A stretch of 22,072 nt of DNA from Ginkgo biloba (lineage: Eukaryota; Plantae; Ginkgophyta), in contig JANKJI020000004.1 in assembly GCA_024626585.2 (NCBI GenBank), positions 176,932,983-176,955,054 of the forward strand, given 5' to 3'. Made by a program: the position numbers and the translations under genes. Of the stretch, positions 1-11,200 are shown in pieces; within the stretch, counting starts at the first letter, position 1; the number at the start of each line of letters is the position of its first letter. The notes beneath the pieces are model-generated. The model was not told the DNA's origin and searched no databases. It saw only the letters and a list, made by a program, of their open reading frames with translations.

Positions 1-347
1 ATCGAATGTTTACACACTAGATTGCATTAACACACTCTTATGAAGTGTGAAAAAATATAATATCCTTTGAAATATGTGTGTGAAAATATAGTATTATAGA
101 GATCCCCAAACTAATATTATTTCCAAAGAATTTCTCTAACCATAAAGTCGATAGACATTGCAAAAGAGCCCTAGCTCAATATTATAAAAGGTTAAAAGGT
201 TTATTTCCCCCTTAGATTTATTATTCATATTCTTTGACATTTTTTGAAGGGCATTCAATTAATCCTATGACCAATAAGGTGAATTATTTAATAGTAGAGA
301 GTAATTTTGGTTCTGAATAGTGATATAAAATTGTTATTAGTACATCA
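1..347 (+). mobile_element. Probable 3' part of the 5' LTR of a Ty3/gypsy element, ending ...TACATCA
   Basis: Non-coding stretch ending in CA at 347, two bases before a PBS-like motif (350-362), with a gag remnant downstream. This is the canonical LTR-PBS-gag order. Confidence 0.5.
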
Positions 348-349
348 TT

Positions 350-362
350 TGGTATAAAAGCC
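350..362 (+). promoter_or_regulatory. Degenerate primer-binding site for tRNA-iMet
   Basis: TGGTATAAAAGCC versus the plant LTR-retrotransposon consensus TGGTATCAGAGCC (2 mismatches), directly after ...CA-TT. Confidence 0.55.
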
Positions 363-972
363 TAAGTTTGGTTATAAGGAGTGATATCTAATTATTGTTG
401 ATATATTAATTTTCTAGGGTTATCATTGTAAAAAATATTTTTTATTTTACTTTTTAGATATACATATTATTTTAGATGGTTTCCTTAAGTTGGGAAATAA
501 ATTTATTTTTTCAACTTTTTCTTTGATTCTAAATTATTTATTTTTTCCATGTGGTTTCCACTTGGAATTCAACTATGATGGCCATCCTAGATGTATATTT
601 GGAGGAAGGAACATATAATAAGGGAGGAGATCAAGTTACACCCAAAGAGAATTCTTTCATAATTCATTTGGATAATGAAGAAGGGGAAACTAGGTCAAAG
701 GGCCTAGATGAGGGCACTCTTCACGAATGAGTGTGTAGAATACAAATTGTTGTTAGACAAATAAGGAGAGAATATAATAAGATTCATGAGGCCATGGAAT
801 GTTTTCTTACTCTTATGCAACAGATGTAGGTATAAATTTCTATATTGAGTGCTTCAGTAGAGAAGGATTATTCACTTTCTATATCTGTAGTCCCAACTTA
901 TTTTCTAATACATCATGTTGGTGTAGATTCATCATTACATCCACTCGTTGGGTAAAACCCATTTCAGTAAGA

Positions 973-1625
973 GTCAAAAAGATTGATATAAAAATGTTTG
1001 ATGGAAAAATAGATACCGAGTCTTTGGACTCTTAGACATAATCTTTGAAGGTATATTTTACATGTTAGACCTATTTTAATGATTATAATATCTTATTTTC
1101 CCCAAATTAAATATGGGAAAAAACATCTACATTGGTGGGAGTCCTTTCCCCAAATTAGAGAGAAAAAGGGAAAATAACATATTACTTATTGGAGCAATTT
1201 TAGGAAGGATATGAGAAACAATTTGTATCTTATTGATTATGAGGATGAAATATTTTTGAAATAGAAATATTTTAAGAAGTGACATGGATAGATTTTGGAG
1301 GATTATTATAAGGAGTACCAAGATCTTACTATTCAGTTGGAAATTCAATAAACCAAAAATAAAATGGTCCTCAAGTTTATAAGAGGTTTATGTAAAGAGA
1401 TAAGATATGATTTGGACTTGTTTCCTTTTCACTCCATTCAAGAGGTCTATATATTTTACTCTAATATTGAAACTAAGATAAAATATTCTCACAAAGATAA
1501 GGGAAAGGATAAGAAGAAGATTTCTCCTATTTTAGCTACCCCATCAACAGGAATGACTCCATATAGTTATTTTACCACCTCTTATAGTAATAGAGGTGAG
1601 AGAAATAAATGGTATAAAAAGAATA
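973..1625 (+). pseudogene. gag: Ty3/gypsy gag remnant (Retrotrans_gag-like), with stops and frameshifts, truncated by a gap
   Basis: Hand translation gives VKKIDIKMFDGKIDTESLDS*, LKVYF, LHWWES, ITYWSNFRKDMRNNLYLIDYEDEIFLK*KYF and LEDYYKEYQDLTIQLEIQ*TKNKMVLKFIRGLCKEIRYDLDLFPFHSIQEVY. These match the gypsy gag pattern (DI..FDG..D...LD.W, WW, W..F...R..F.P..Y, V..Y..EF..L, KFI.GL...IR..L). The frame may start near ATG 575. Confidence 0.8.
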
Positions 1626-1725
1626 NNNNNNNNNNNNNNNNNNNNNNNNNNNNNNNNNNNNNNNNNNNNNNNNNNNNNNNNNNNNNNNNNNNNNNNNNNN
1701 NNNNNNNNNNNNNNNNNNNNNNNNN

Positions 1726-2164
1726 ATCATCCAAGCCATTCTATTAATGCACATTCACAAATACAATATTACATCTAAAGTCTTTACAACCAAAGAACAT
1801 GATATTAATATATCCTATTTTGTATCTCTCTACTCTTTTAATCTTATAATAGCTATGTATACAATACATAGTGATTACATAACTACCATGAAAGTTACAA
1901 CTAACACGTAGGTCAATGATAGTGGCCAAAGTCCTCTATTAGTGTCAGACAATTGCTTCTATCTATGTCAGCAACGGACGTCAGTATGTTGTGTATAATG
2001 CTCTCTTTGACATAAGTTAGAGACCTGACCAATGTTAGTACCTGGAAGTGTGTTTGAGTGATCTGACATAGTCAGTCTGCTTTGCTTTGTCAGTGCCCTT
2101 CATCCTCCACCAACACTCGTCGGTAATCCACCACCGTCAGTGTTAGTTTAGGCTTTATCCAACA
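1726..2164 (-). mobile_element. Possible LTR fragment (copia-like), 5' terminus TGTTGG at 2164 on the minus strand
   Basis: The plus strand reads ...TTTATCCAACA (TGTTGGATAAA on minus). The region has clustered GTCAG/GTCGG motifs and a CT-rich tract, and composition shifts beyond ~2200. No partner LTR or TSD is visible. Confidence 0.35.
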
Positions 2165-5100
2165 TGCATCAGATACCCGTCCAAAACTTTCTCAAAGATG
2201 ATTCCTAAGTTTCACACTTTATTTTTATGATCATGTTCTTAGATTTATATAATAAAGTTTATATTTTAGAAGTGCCTAGCACCATTAATTAGACATTAAT
2301 AGTCACCCTTTCAAAGTTTTTTCCCATGCACAACAACATATATTACCCATGTTAAAATACCAAAAAATATGGTGACTGCAGCTTTGATATCCAAAGGAAA
2401 TATTTTTTATGATCTTGTGACCATGTGGACTAGCATCTACTTTTACATGAAAGTCACTTAAAGTGACAATCTAATCCATCAAGTATATTTTACAATTTGA
2501 ATATTTACATGTAAACCTATACTTAGGACTAGGTATTTCAAGATTCATATATTCTACCTCTATTTTTTTATTAGTTACTATGGCTACCTAGTCACAGTGT
2601 CATTATACTTTCCCCATTGTTAGGTAATCATGGAGTGTTTGCATAACTAGAGATTATGGTATCCACACACCCCATGAGGGCATGCTTTCCCTAAGTAAGG
2701 ATGCCTCATTGATCCATAGATGGGGGTCCCTTTTACAATCTTATTTTCAAATAGTTGAGAAAATTCCATATTCAAAGGCGAGGTCCAAATCAAAAGTTGG
2801 AGGAATTATTTGAGAACAAATTAGGAAGAAGGAAATCCTAAATAATACTTAACTCATTATTATGATTATGAAGTTATAGAGACACTTCATACTTGATAGG
2901 TTAAGTGAAAATTCAAAATGTTGAGTTTTGAGGACCTTATTCTAAATATATAGATGGGAATCTCATCTACCAAAGTAAAAATTAAAAAGTATCAAACCTA
3001 AGAAAATAAAGAAAATTATGTGGAGGTTTGGATTTTATGTTTCAAGTTTTGGTGAAGATGTATCTTCTTCACAATTTTACCAAATTTTGTAAACCCAAAA
3101 TTTAGTTAAAATAATTTAAATAAAAGTCAAATTCAAATTGATGAATTTTTTTTCAAAAGTTTGGGTTTTAGAGTTTGGGTAAATACTAGGAAGTGGATCA
3201 ACTAAGTCTTTGGTTTATGGCTATTTGTACCAAAAATAACACTAAAAATATTAAGGCCATGGATATAATAGAAGAGTAAACTTATAATAAAAAAATACTT
3301 AGGTCCACCATCACTTGAGAAATTTTTTTATATTTTTGGGCTTTTGATCTTTGGGGAATGCCAATTGATCAAACACCAACACAAACCCAAATATAATTTC
3401 AATTTGTGTTGATAAAATAGAAAGATACTTTATTATGGTTTGAGTTATAGGTTTGAAGATAAAGAATAAATTTTATGAAACTCTCACTCCCTAAACCTAA
3501 TAAGACCCTACATATACAATTATCCAAAAGACTAACATGCAAAATAATAAAAAGCTTTAATGCGAGTAAACATAAGGTGATATCCCAAATAATTGAAAGA
3601 TAAATGTGAAATTAATCAATTACTAAATTTGAATACAAGTAACTAAATATGAAAGAAGTATAATGATTATATTAAGCATCATAGGCCTCTTCAAGGGGGA
3701 AACCTCCTTAAAAGCAGAGCTCCGATACATAATAATATTCAATATGTCCATCAATTCTTTACAANNNNNNNNNNNNNNNNNNNNNNNNNNNNNNNNNNNN
3801 NNNNNNNNNNNNNNNNNNNNNNNNNNNNNNNNNNNNNNNNNNNNNNNNNNNNNNNNNNNNNNNNATTCATCCATCTTAGGTGGCCAAGAGAGGAATCTAA
3901 CCAGAGGAGAATTCATGATAAAACCCTACAATCATAAAGGAGAGGAATTCTAAGGGAGGCACAACCAAGTCAGTGACCTTTGGACTAATGATTGAAATTC
4001 CCTGATGAACTACAAAGCAAAAAAAGGGTAAAGAAATATCCTATTAGGGAAGGGGTCATCGACGACAAAACTAATCAATGTGGTAAATTAGTCCAACACT
4101 AATAATAGGTAATAAAAAATGAAGGCTAACAAAGAAGATTGAAAAAGAGAAGATCGACATAAAAGTGATCGACAGTTGGAGAATCGATGATAGAAAGAGA
4201 GACACTAGTGATATGAGTTACACTGACAGCCATAGGAGGAATTATCAAAGAAAAGAGTCAGTCATGAATGAATATGAAAATAATAAGAGTGAGAAAAGAA
4301 GAATAGGATGAAATAAATAATAAATGATCAAGAATTCAACTCACCTACGCCAAACCTCATTGATGATGAAATCAATTTCGATGCAATATATATTATCAAT
4401 AAAGTCAATAAGTTATTTGAAGAATAACTCTAAAAATCAAATTTAATATTTCAAGATATAGAAGAAGAGCCAAACATAAGTGGTACAAAGGCGATAATAG
4501 TAAACACACAAGGGTTTTAAGTGACACTAGTTTAGAGGTCACAAGGGACAAGAGGAAAGATAGCATGGAAGAATAAGGAAATATACCCACCTATGTCACA
4601 TGAGGAATATTTTGAGGTGGGAGATAGCTATAGAGAAACCCTTATATGAATAAAATTTAAATCCCAAGAATGGGATAGGATGACTATTGATGAGGCATTC
4701 TATGCCCCTACACATTTGCATACTCTCCTAAAGATTAGAGTTGTTAGGGCAAGCCTAGTAAGAGTGCCTAAGAAATAAAAAAAAATTGAGAGAGAAGAGA
4801 ATGCTTAAGTGTATTAATAGTGAGCTTCTTACTCATGGGAGATCACCATGTGGTATTCTTCCATTTTTTTCCATTGAGTGTGCATGTGCAATACCATCTC
4901 CTATAGGATTGTTATGAAGGGGTTTGACTAGATTCTGAGGGTGTGACACATGGAGGCATTGCGCACTATATTTTCCCCATGACGATCTAAAAATTCCTTG
5001 AAAAAATTATGTTAAGTACCACAAGACTCAAAGCTCATGATATGGTGATGTATAGAATGATCTTGTGAGGTCTCTCCTTAGGGAAGTTTGAAAGGGCCAA

Positions 5101-5639
5101 GGCTAAAAAAGTTTTGGTAAAGGATCATAAGTCTTAGATTAGGTGAGGCCATGACACATGGTAGGACCTCATATTATCTCTCCTTACAATAGTTATTTAC
5201 AAGGGGTATTTTATAAGTGTTAAGTGCTATGGGCCCTAGAGTGTGCAAGATGTTGACATGTGGAATCATCGCGTGCACATCCTCACTTCTTTTCTTCTTC
5301 TTTCTCTCTTTCATCCTTCTATTCTATATGATTGTTACCATTGGATAATTTAAAGTAGTGAAAAATATTGAAACTACTTCATAAATATCAAAAACTAACT
5401 ATCTTCAATTTTGGATGCAATTTCCTCTGTGTTCTTGACTGATAGTTCTTGAAGGCATTATAATCTGGCTCAGATNNNNNNNNNNNNNNNNNNNNNNNNN
5501 NNNNNNNNNNNNNNNNNNNNNNNNNNNNNNNNNNNNNNNNNNNNNNNNNNNNNNNNNNNNNNNNNNNNNNNNNNNTTCCATAGAATAAGTCTTGGATATA
5601 ATTCATAAGTTAGTCATATTTCTAGATAGAGAATTTTTT

Positions 5640-6330
5640 TCTATAGATATTAGTTTTGAAGAAGTTACCATAATAATCAAATTAATGCAAGAAGTGAAAT
5701 GCATGATACTAAATGGCATCATGGTATAATTATACATATAATGTTAGGATTTAATAGGTGAAGGCTTAATAAAGTTATTTTATGATTTTAAAAAGGGTGA
5801 AAGAATACTAAGAAGTATTAATGAAATCTTCCTCTCTCTAATCCCAAGGAAATAATGTCCAAAAGAAATAAAGTATTTAAGCCCAATTATTCTATGCGAA
5901 ATAAGTTGTAAACTTTTCTCCAAAAATATTTTCCAAAGGTTAAAACCTATCCTAGTGAAGATTATTTTACTAGAATAGAAAACTTTCATCCAAAGTATAA
6001 GAATATTCGTTAATATAACCAGTATACTAGAAATAATAAAATACCTTCTTCTAGAGAAGAAAAATATTATGAATATTAGGCTAGATATGAGTAAACTCTA
6101 TGATAAATTGAATTAGAATTTTATTCTAAAGTAATGAAGAGACTAGGTTTTAATAATTTAGTATTTTATTATGTAGCCAAGTTAATCTCAATAGTTAAAT
6201 TTTATTTTTTTGATGAAGGATACACTTGGGGAGTAATTTAATTCAAAAGTAGATTAAGATAGGTACACCCCCTTTCACTAGAAATTTTCATCCTAATAAC
6301 AGATTGCCTTAGAAACCTAATGAAAGGATA
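5640..6330 (+). pseudogene. L1-clade LINE ORF2 reverse transcriptase remnant (N-terminal RT blocks up to the QGDP block)
   Basis: Translation gives C*DLIGEGLIKLFYDFKKGERILRSINEIFLSLIPRK*CPKEIKYLSPIILCEISCKLFSKNIFQRLKPILVKII, RLDMSKLYDKLN*NFILK..MKRLGF and RLR*VHPLSLEIFILITDCLRNLM. These are degenerate LIPKK, RPISLCN..YK..SK...RLK, KLDM.KAYDR..W.F and GLRQGDPLSPYLFIL motifs in the correct order. Confidence 0.88.
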
Positions 6331-6334
6331 AATG

Positions 6335-7430
6335 AAGAAACATTAATAAACTGATACAAGAGAAGCAATGATAATAGAATCTTAAAATAATGCAGAAAGG
6401 AAATAATAAGAGAACATCCATAATAATACACAAGAGATTTACCCTGGGAAACCCTTTCTCAAGAAAAACCAGCAAAAAAAATGCTTTATTATATGTCAGA
6501 ACAAGCGGTTTATTATATACATGGTGGGGTTTAGGAGACTCAAAAGTGACTAACCATTTTTGAATCTCCAGATCATCTTATGACACAAGAGAAGATCATA
6601 CACAACTAGCCAAGGACATGAAAGCAAGACTAAGACATAAAATAAAAAATGAAAATTTTTGAATTTTTTTGAATTTTTCTATTTTTTTGTTTTATATTTT
6701 GTTAAAAGGGATGCCTGTGTGTTAGATTTGTCTTTTTCTCTCCTTTAAGTTAGCTACACCACATGGGTTAGTAGTCTTATTTTTTATGTTTTAATGTTAA
6801 GTTTATTTTCCACCAGTCCTCTCTTAGGGTAGTTGCACAAAATAGTTAGTAGTTTGATGTTCCCCTGCAAGTTAGCAAATGACAATCTAAAACTCACATG
6901 ATAATTTAATTTTGATTTAAATTAAGCTTTTAAACTTAAAGTTAAATGATAATGACAATTGAGATTCGATTTAAATTAAGCTTTAGAGTTAGACACAAAT
7001 GACCATTTAAAACTCAAATTTAAAATTTAAATTTAAATTAAACTTTAAATCTAAAGGCAAATGANNNNNNNNNNNNNNNNTAATTTAACTAAAGGAAAAT
7101 AACAATGTAGTTTTTAAATGAAAATTTAAAGTTTAATTTAACTAAAGGAAAATGGCAATGTAATTTTTTAAATAAAAATTTAAAGTTTAATTTAACTATA
7201 GGCAAATGACAATGTAGTTCTAAAAAGCTTTAGCAAACAAAAGCATTGTCCTTTTCCATGTCAAACGATTTGAACATTGGATTTTTTGCTCACCCATGGT
7301 GGCCAATGGAGATGTCGAGCGACCTCGTTGTTGCCAAAATTCGCATGAAACAAACCTCCATAGTGATATTAGATGTGAATAAATTTGGGATGGGCACTAA
7401 TAGATCTGTATAGAGATGTTAATAACAATA
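6335..7430 (-). mobile_element. LTR-like segment abutting and truncating the LINE RT (boundaries approximate)
   Basis: The LINE frame ends at ~6330. It is followed by ACACAAGAGATTTACCCTGGGAAACCC...GAAAAACCAGC (~6428-6473), resembling the reverse complement of the GGGTTT(T)CC..GTAAAT.T.TTGTGT U5 motif common in plant copia LTRs. The segment contains an internal tandem array, with candidate ends TG at 6333/6352 and ...AACA at 7427. No TSD was found. Confidence 0.45.
7081..7225. repeat. Tandem repeat, 53-54 bp unit, ~2.7 visible copies
   Basis: Units start TAATTTAACTA(A/T)AGG at 7081, 7134 and 7188. Related degenerate units (CAAATGAC..T.TAAAACTCA, GATTTAAATTAAGCTTT) occur at 6875-7064, before the 16-N gap. 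Confidence 0.85.
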
Positions 7431-7860
7431 TTCTCAAACCACTCCTCACTATCGGTTTATCACTGCTTCTGTCATCTTTTATAAAAATAAAAATGAACAC
7501 CAATCAAAGTCTCTCTTTCTACTTGAAGGTTGAAACCAATCAATTAACAACTCTACATTACCTTTGCTTTACTACTAATCACTTCCTTTTTTCATCACTT
7601 TTAGGTTTTTTTTCATGTAACAAAATGGACAAGGCATTAGGTACTTTAGAGAGGCTAAATCCACGTTAAGCATTTAATCATCCTGTCACAACTAGTAATA
7701 AGATTTTCTTAAAGGTAAAATCTAAGATTATGATGATAGGTAAATGAGTAGACTTGCAATGCAAGCCACAACAAAGTAATATAGACCAAATGGCTATAAT
7801 TCAAACAGCTTTGAAGTAGGCTTTAAAAAAATGTTGTAAACAACATTAGATGTGCATTAA

Positions 7861-8271
7861 TCACCAGCTAAAACTCCTTAAGCCTCCAGAAGCCACAGAT
7901 CCATATGAAATCACTGCTCCATCTGACACAACCATATCAATAACCTAGAAAACCAGTCAAATGTATACACAAGCCTCAGAGCAGTGCTCCAAAACCATAC
8001 AATGGGACATTGGATGGACCTGCATCCAGTACTTTTCTACCAACACACAGAAATACCTATGCTCGGGCTAAAATAATATTTATTCTCTTGATTTGGTTGC
8101 ATCTGCTTCTAGTGCAACAAGGTAGAATACATTACCCTACAGGAACTACACTAGAATCATAAAAATATTGCATAGGAAGAAGGATGAAATACAAGCAAAC
8201 AATAACAATCATACCTTGAACAATTGATTCCACCCCCCTCATGAAATTTGATTACTAGTTGATATGTATTC
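7861..8271 (-). other. Candidate spliced host-gene segment or pseudogene: exons 8271-8215, 8136-8057 and 7944-~7861
   Basis: On the minus strand: acceptor CACAG|G at 8272/8271; a 78-bp U-rich intron AAG|GTATGA...TTCCTGTAG|G (8214-8137); and a 112-bp intron TAG|GTATTT...TTTTCTAG|G (8056-7945). No frame is open across all three exons and I do not recognise the product. Confidence 0.45.
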
Positions 8272-8365
8272 CTGTGACTAACAATTTTGCCCCTTGACTT
8301 TAAAGTAAGGAAGTAATTAAGCTAAACAAGGCTACTGAATCAAAATTGATATGAAAAAGACTACG

Positions 8366-8424
8366 TATAGAATGATTTCATTTCAGTGAATGGTAATGGT
8401 AACATATAGAATGATTTCATTTCA
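8366..8424. repeat. Perfect 20-bp direct duplication TATAGAATGATTTCATTTCA
   Basis: Identical copies at 8366-8385 and 8405-8424 (period 39). Confidence 0.85.
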
Positions 8425-8719
8425 ACATATTTTCTACAAGAAATGCTCCTTTAAGAGATAAATAATAAACACACAATGCAAAATAGAGAGAGGAGGGGTG
8501 GAGTGCANNNNNNNNNNNNNNNNNNNNNNNNNNNNNNNNNNNNNNNNNNNNNNNNNNNNNNNNNNNNNNNNNNNNNNNNNNNNNNNNNNNNNNNNNNNNN
8601 NNNNNNNTCAACGAGGCCACTAGTTAATCAAGACTACAAATCATCAACATATTATATTATCCAAGTTGTGTAATGATCAATGACTTCAATCCATCACCCC
8701 TTGGATTGATTTTGCCTAA

Positions 8720-9125
8720 AAAATGTCAGTATCCTCAGAAGGAGTACACAATATTAATAGATCTTATTAATGAAAATCACTAGGGTATTTGGAACTTAAG
8801 ACTTATTCAAGTAGGGTCAAGTTTGATAGATCATTACACAAAGGTTGCATTCCTATGACCATAACCCCCCTTCAGTTATATTTTATCTTCAATGATATAC
8901 CTTTGAGAGGGGTCTGCAATTTTCGCCCATCACTTTGAAGTCGTTAAGCTTGAACGCCCTATGAAGCTATTAAAAGCCCCTTCATGTAAAGCCCAACCCT
9001 TGCTTAGTTCCGTACATTATTCTCTGAGCCTTTGCAAGTTATGGTGGATTTTATATTTGTCCTTTCCACTTAATACAATTTATTGAGGGCCCCCTACCAA
9101 TTGTCCAACTTCCACTTGGATAATT
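8720..9125 (+). pseudogene. Possible very old Ty3/gypsy integrase core/GPF remnant
   Basis: Across frameshifts it reads QYPQKE..., LIDHYTKVAF, LHS/MTITPLQLY and KL../FYICPFHLIQFI...VQLP. This loosely follows the order YHPQTDG, W...LP..EF.YN, HS....TPF and KL..RY.GPF.I...I....Y.L.LP. The similarity is weak. Confidence 0.3.
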
Positions 9126-10030
9126 AAAATGACAAAGTCACAATAGATAACAGGACCTTCCTCCTTAATATGATTTACACGAGTTACCAACTTACTCTAA
9201 CATACCTCCTTTTTCATATCTAAGGGAATATGCCAATGTACCCTTCGATCTAATTTCATATGATTGTCATATGGCCTTTGATTTTAAGTATGATAAAAGT
9301 CAACATGGTCGATTATTGTGCAATCTCTTTCAATGCCTTGAACTATAAGTTCATACACAAGCCAAATCATCTAGTAAGCTTTCTGGTAGGAACAAGTTTG
9401 GTATAACCATTAATATGAAGATATGATGAATTGTGGTGGAAGTGGTGATTATTGGCCATGGAAAGTTCAAGATAATGGATATTTTGAATTGCAATGGCTT
9501 GTGAGACAATAACAAATGGCTCATTTATAATTATAAAATTTGTGAAGTCTCTCATAGCAATATCACTATCTTTCATGACAGTAATGGAGGAAAGTGTATT
9601 CTCAAAGACAATCAAGTTTTGGACTTTGACATAGCAAAGTGAAACACGTTGTCATTTTTACAATTTTGAGAACTATCTTAGCATTAAGTTGAGTTGTCCA
9701 ATTGAAATTAGGCGGCAAATCATCATTCTTAAGAAACGTTTACGCAATAGAATTCCAATGCATAACAAGATTCATATACTTCAATTTCTTCGTAATTAAG
9801 TCTCTCCTAAGTTTATACATTACTCTTATTTTAAGGGTGGGTTTGGGTAATAAATTTCCTAACCTTAAAGTTATCCCATTGCATATGGCTATTTGTAACT
9901 CTTAAGAGGTAGTACCATAATTTGTCCATTATGTAGCATCACTGATATTTATTACATATATTTCATACTATCCTTGGATTTATTTATAGGATTTAAGACT
10001 AATTGAGTAGGAAGAGTGAGAGAGGGATGT

Positions 10031-10046
10031 CTCCCCTATTTATATA
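10031..10046 (-). promoter_or_regulatory. TATA box in an LTR-like context
   Basis: The minus strand reads TATATAAATAGGGGAG followed by CT-rich CCCTCTCTCACTCTTCC, an arrangement typical of plant LTR promoters. Confidence 0.35.
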
Positions 10047-11200
10047 ACCCTGCCATCTACAAAGGTTTGGCATTCAACCCTACTGGTTGTAAGTATTGAC
10101 TTTATAACATATAAATAAGAACTTATTTATATCCATTTATCAATTTATTCTTGGATAGGAAGGCTTATGAGGATGCATATGAATATTTTATTCATATATA
10201 GGACACCATGATTATAATGGATTCACCATGAGAGGCATAACTTATGAGTGATAATCAAAATCACCCTAGGGATATAGCAAAAAACTAGTCATCCCTTAAT
10301 TATAATATCCACTCATTATTAGGTAGAAACTTGGCCAAGGATATTTTTAGAATCCTTGATCATAAATTATGTCATGATTATAATTATATTTATTTCTTAT
10401 TTTATTTAATTGATAAAAATACAATTATGTAAATGCATCCTCCCCTCCTTTAACTATAGTTTTTAAATCTCTTAACATAGTATAATTTTTTTCATAATTT
10501 ATAGAATGTTGTTATTGGGATTTTGAGTAGTAAATGACCATTTTAATTACAGAAGATGGATTCTAATGTTTTACTCTTTAATTCCAAACTATTAAATTGA
10601 AAATATACTTGGGAAATAATTTTATCTTTTGAATCCCCTAATAAATTTCTCAACATTACTTTGTTAACTATCATTAGCGATGTTATGAATCTACCCTCGG
10701 TTGTTTTATTACCACCTCATTTATTTAAAACTCTAAAATATTATAATCATAACTCCTTAATATTTTGAAGGGAGAGTGTTGAAACTTCCCTCATAAAAAT
10801 CAAGTTTAGCCATATCCTCACATTTGCATTAATCCAAGTAAGAAAACTATTTTTAGGGTATATTCCTTACATGCATGTTTTACAAATATTCTCATAAATT
10901 AGTCTAATATTTAATTATAGTCTTATCTATACTCATATTCCTCCTATTTTTATGGTAAAATATCTTCCCTAGGCTAAACATCTTAACAATAACCTTAATA
11001 TTTCCTTGACAATAGTTTACACATCTATTCCCATATGACAATAAATCATCCTTTGAGGTTTATTCCATCCTATCACATATCCTTTTAATGTGGACAAAAA
11101 NNNNNNNNNNNNNNNNNNNNNNNNNNNNNNNNNNNNNNNNNNNNNNNNNNNNNNNNNNNNNNNNNNNNNNNNNNNNNNNNNNNNNNNNNNNNNNNNNNNN

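Noticed and set aside
3692-3708. Hairpin AAGGGGG-AAA-CCTCCTT as a terminator
   Set aside because: There is no U-tract or upstream gene, the context is eukaryotic, and it is short enough to arise by chance.
3865-5475. Segment with LTR/leader-like character
   Set aside because: Probably retroelement-derived, but I found no protein motif, PBS, PPT or terminus I can support.
7081-7225. CRISPR-like or iteron array
   Set aside because: Whole-unit head-to-tail repeat of low-complexity AT-rich DNA.
7385-7669. 94-aa plus-strand ORF as a membrane protein
   Set aside because: Non-ATG start, L/F/S-rich composition expected from T-rich DNA, and no recognisable motif.
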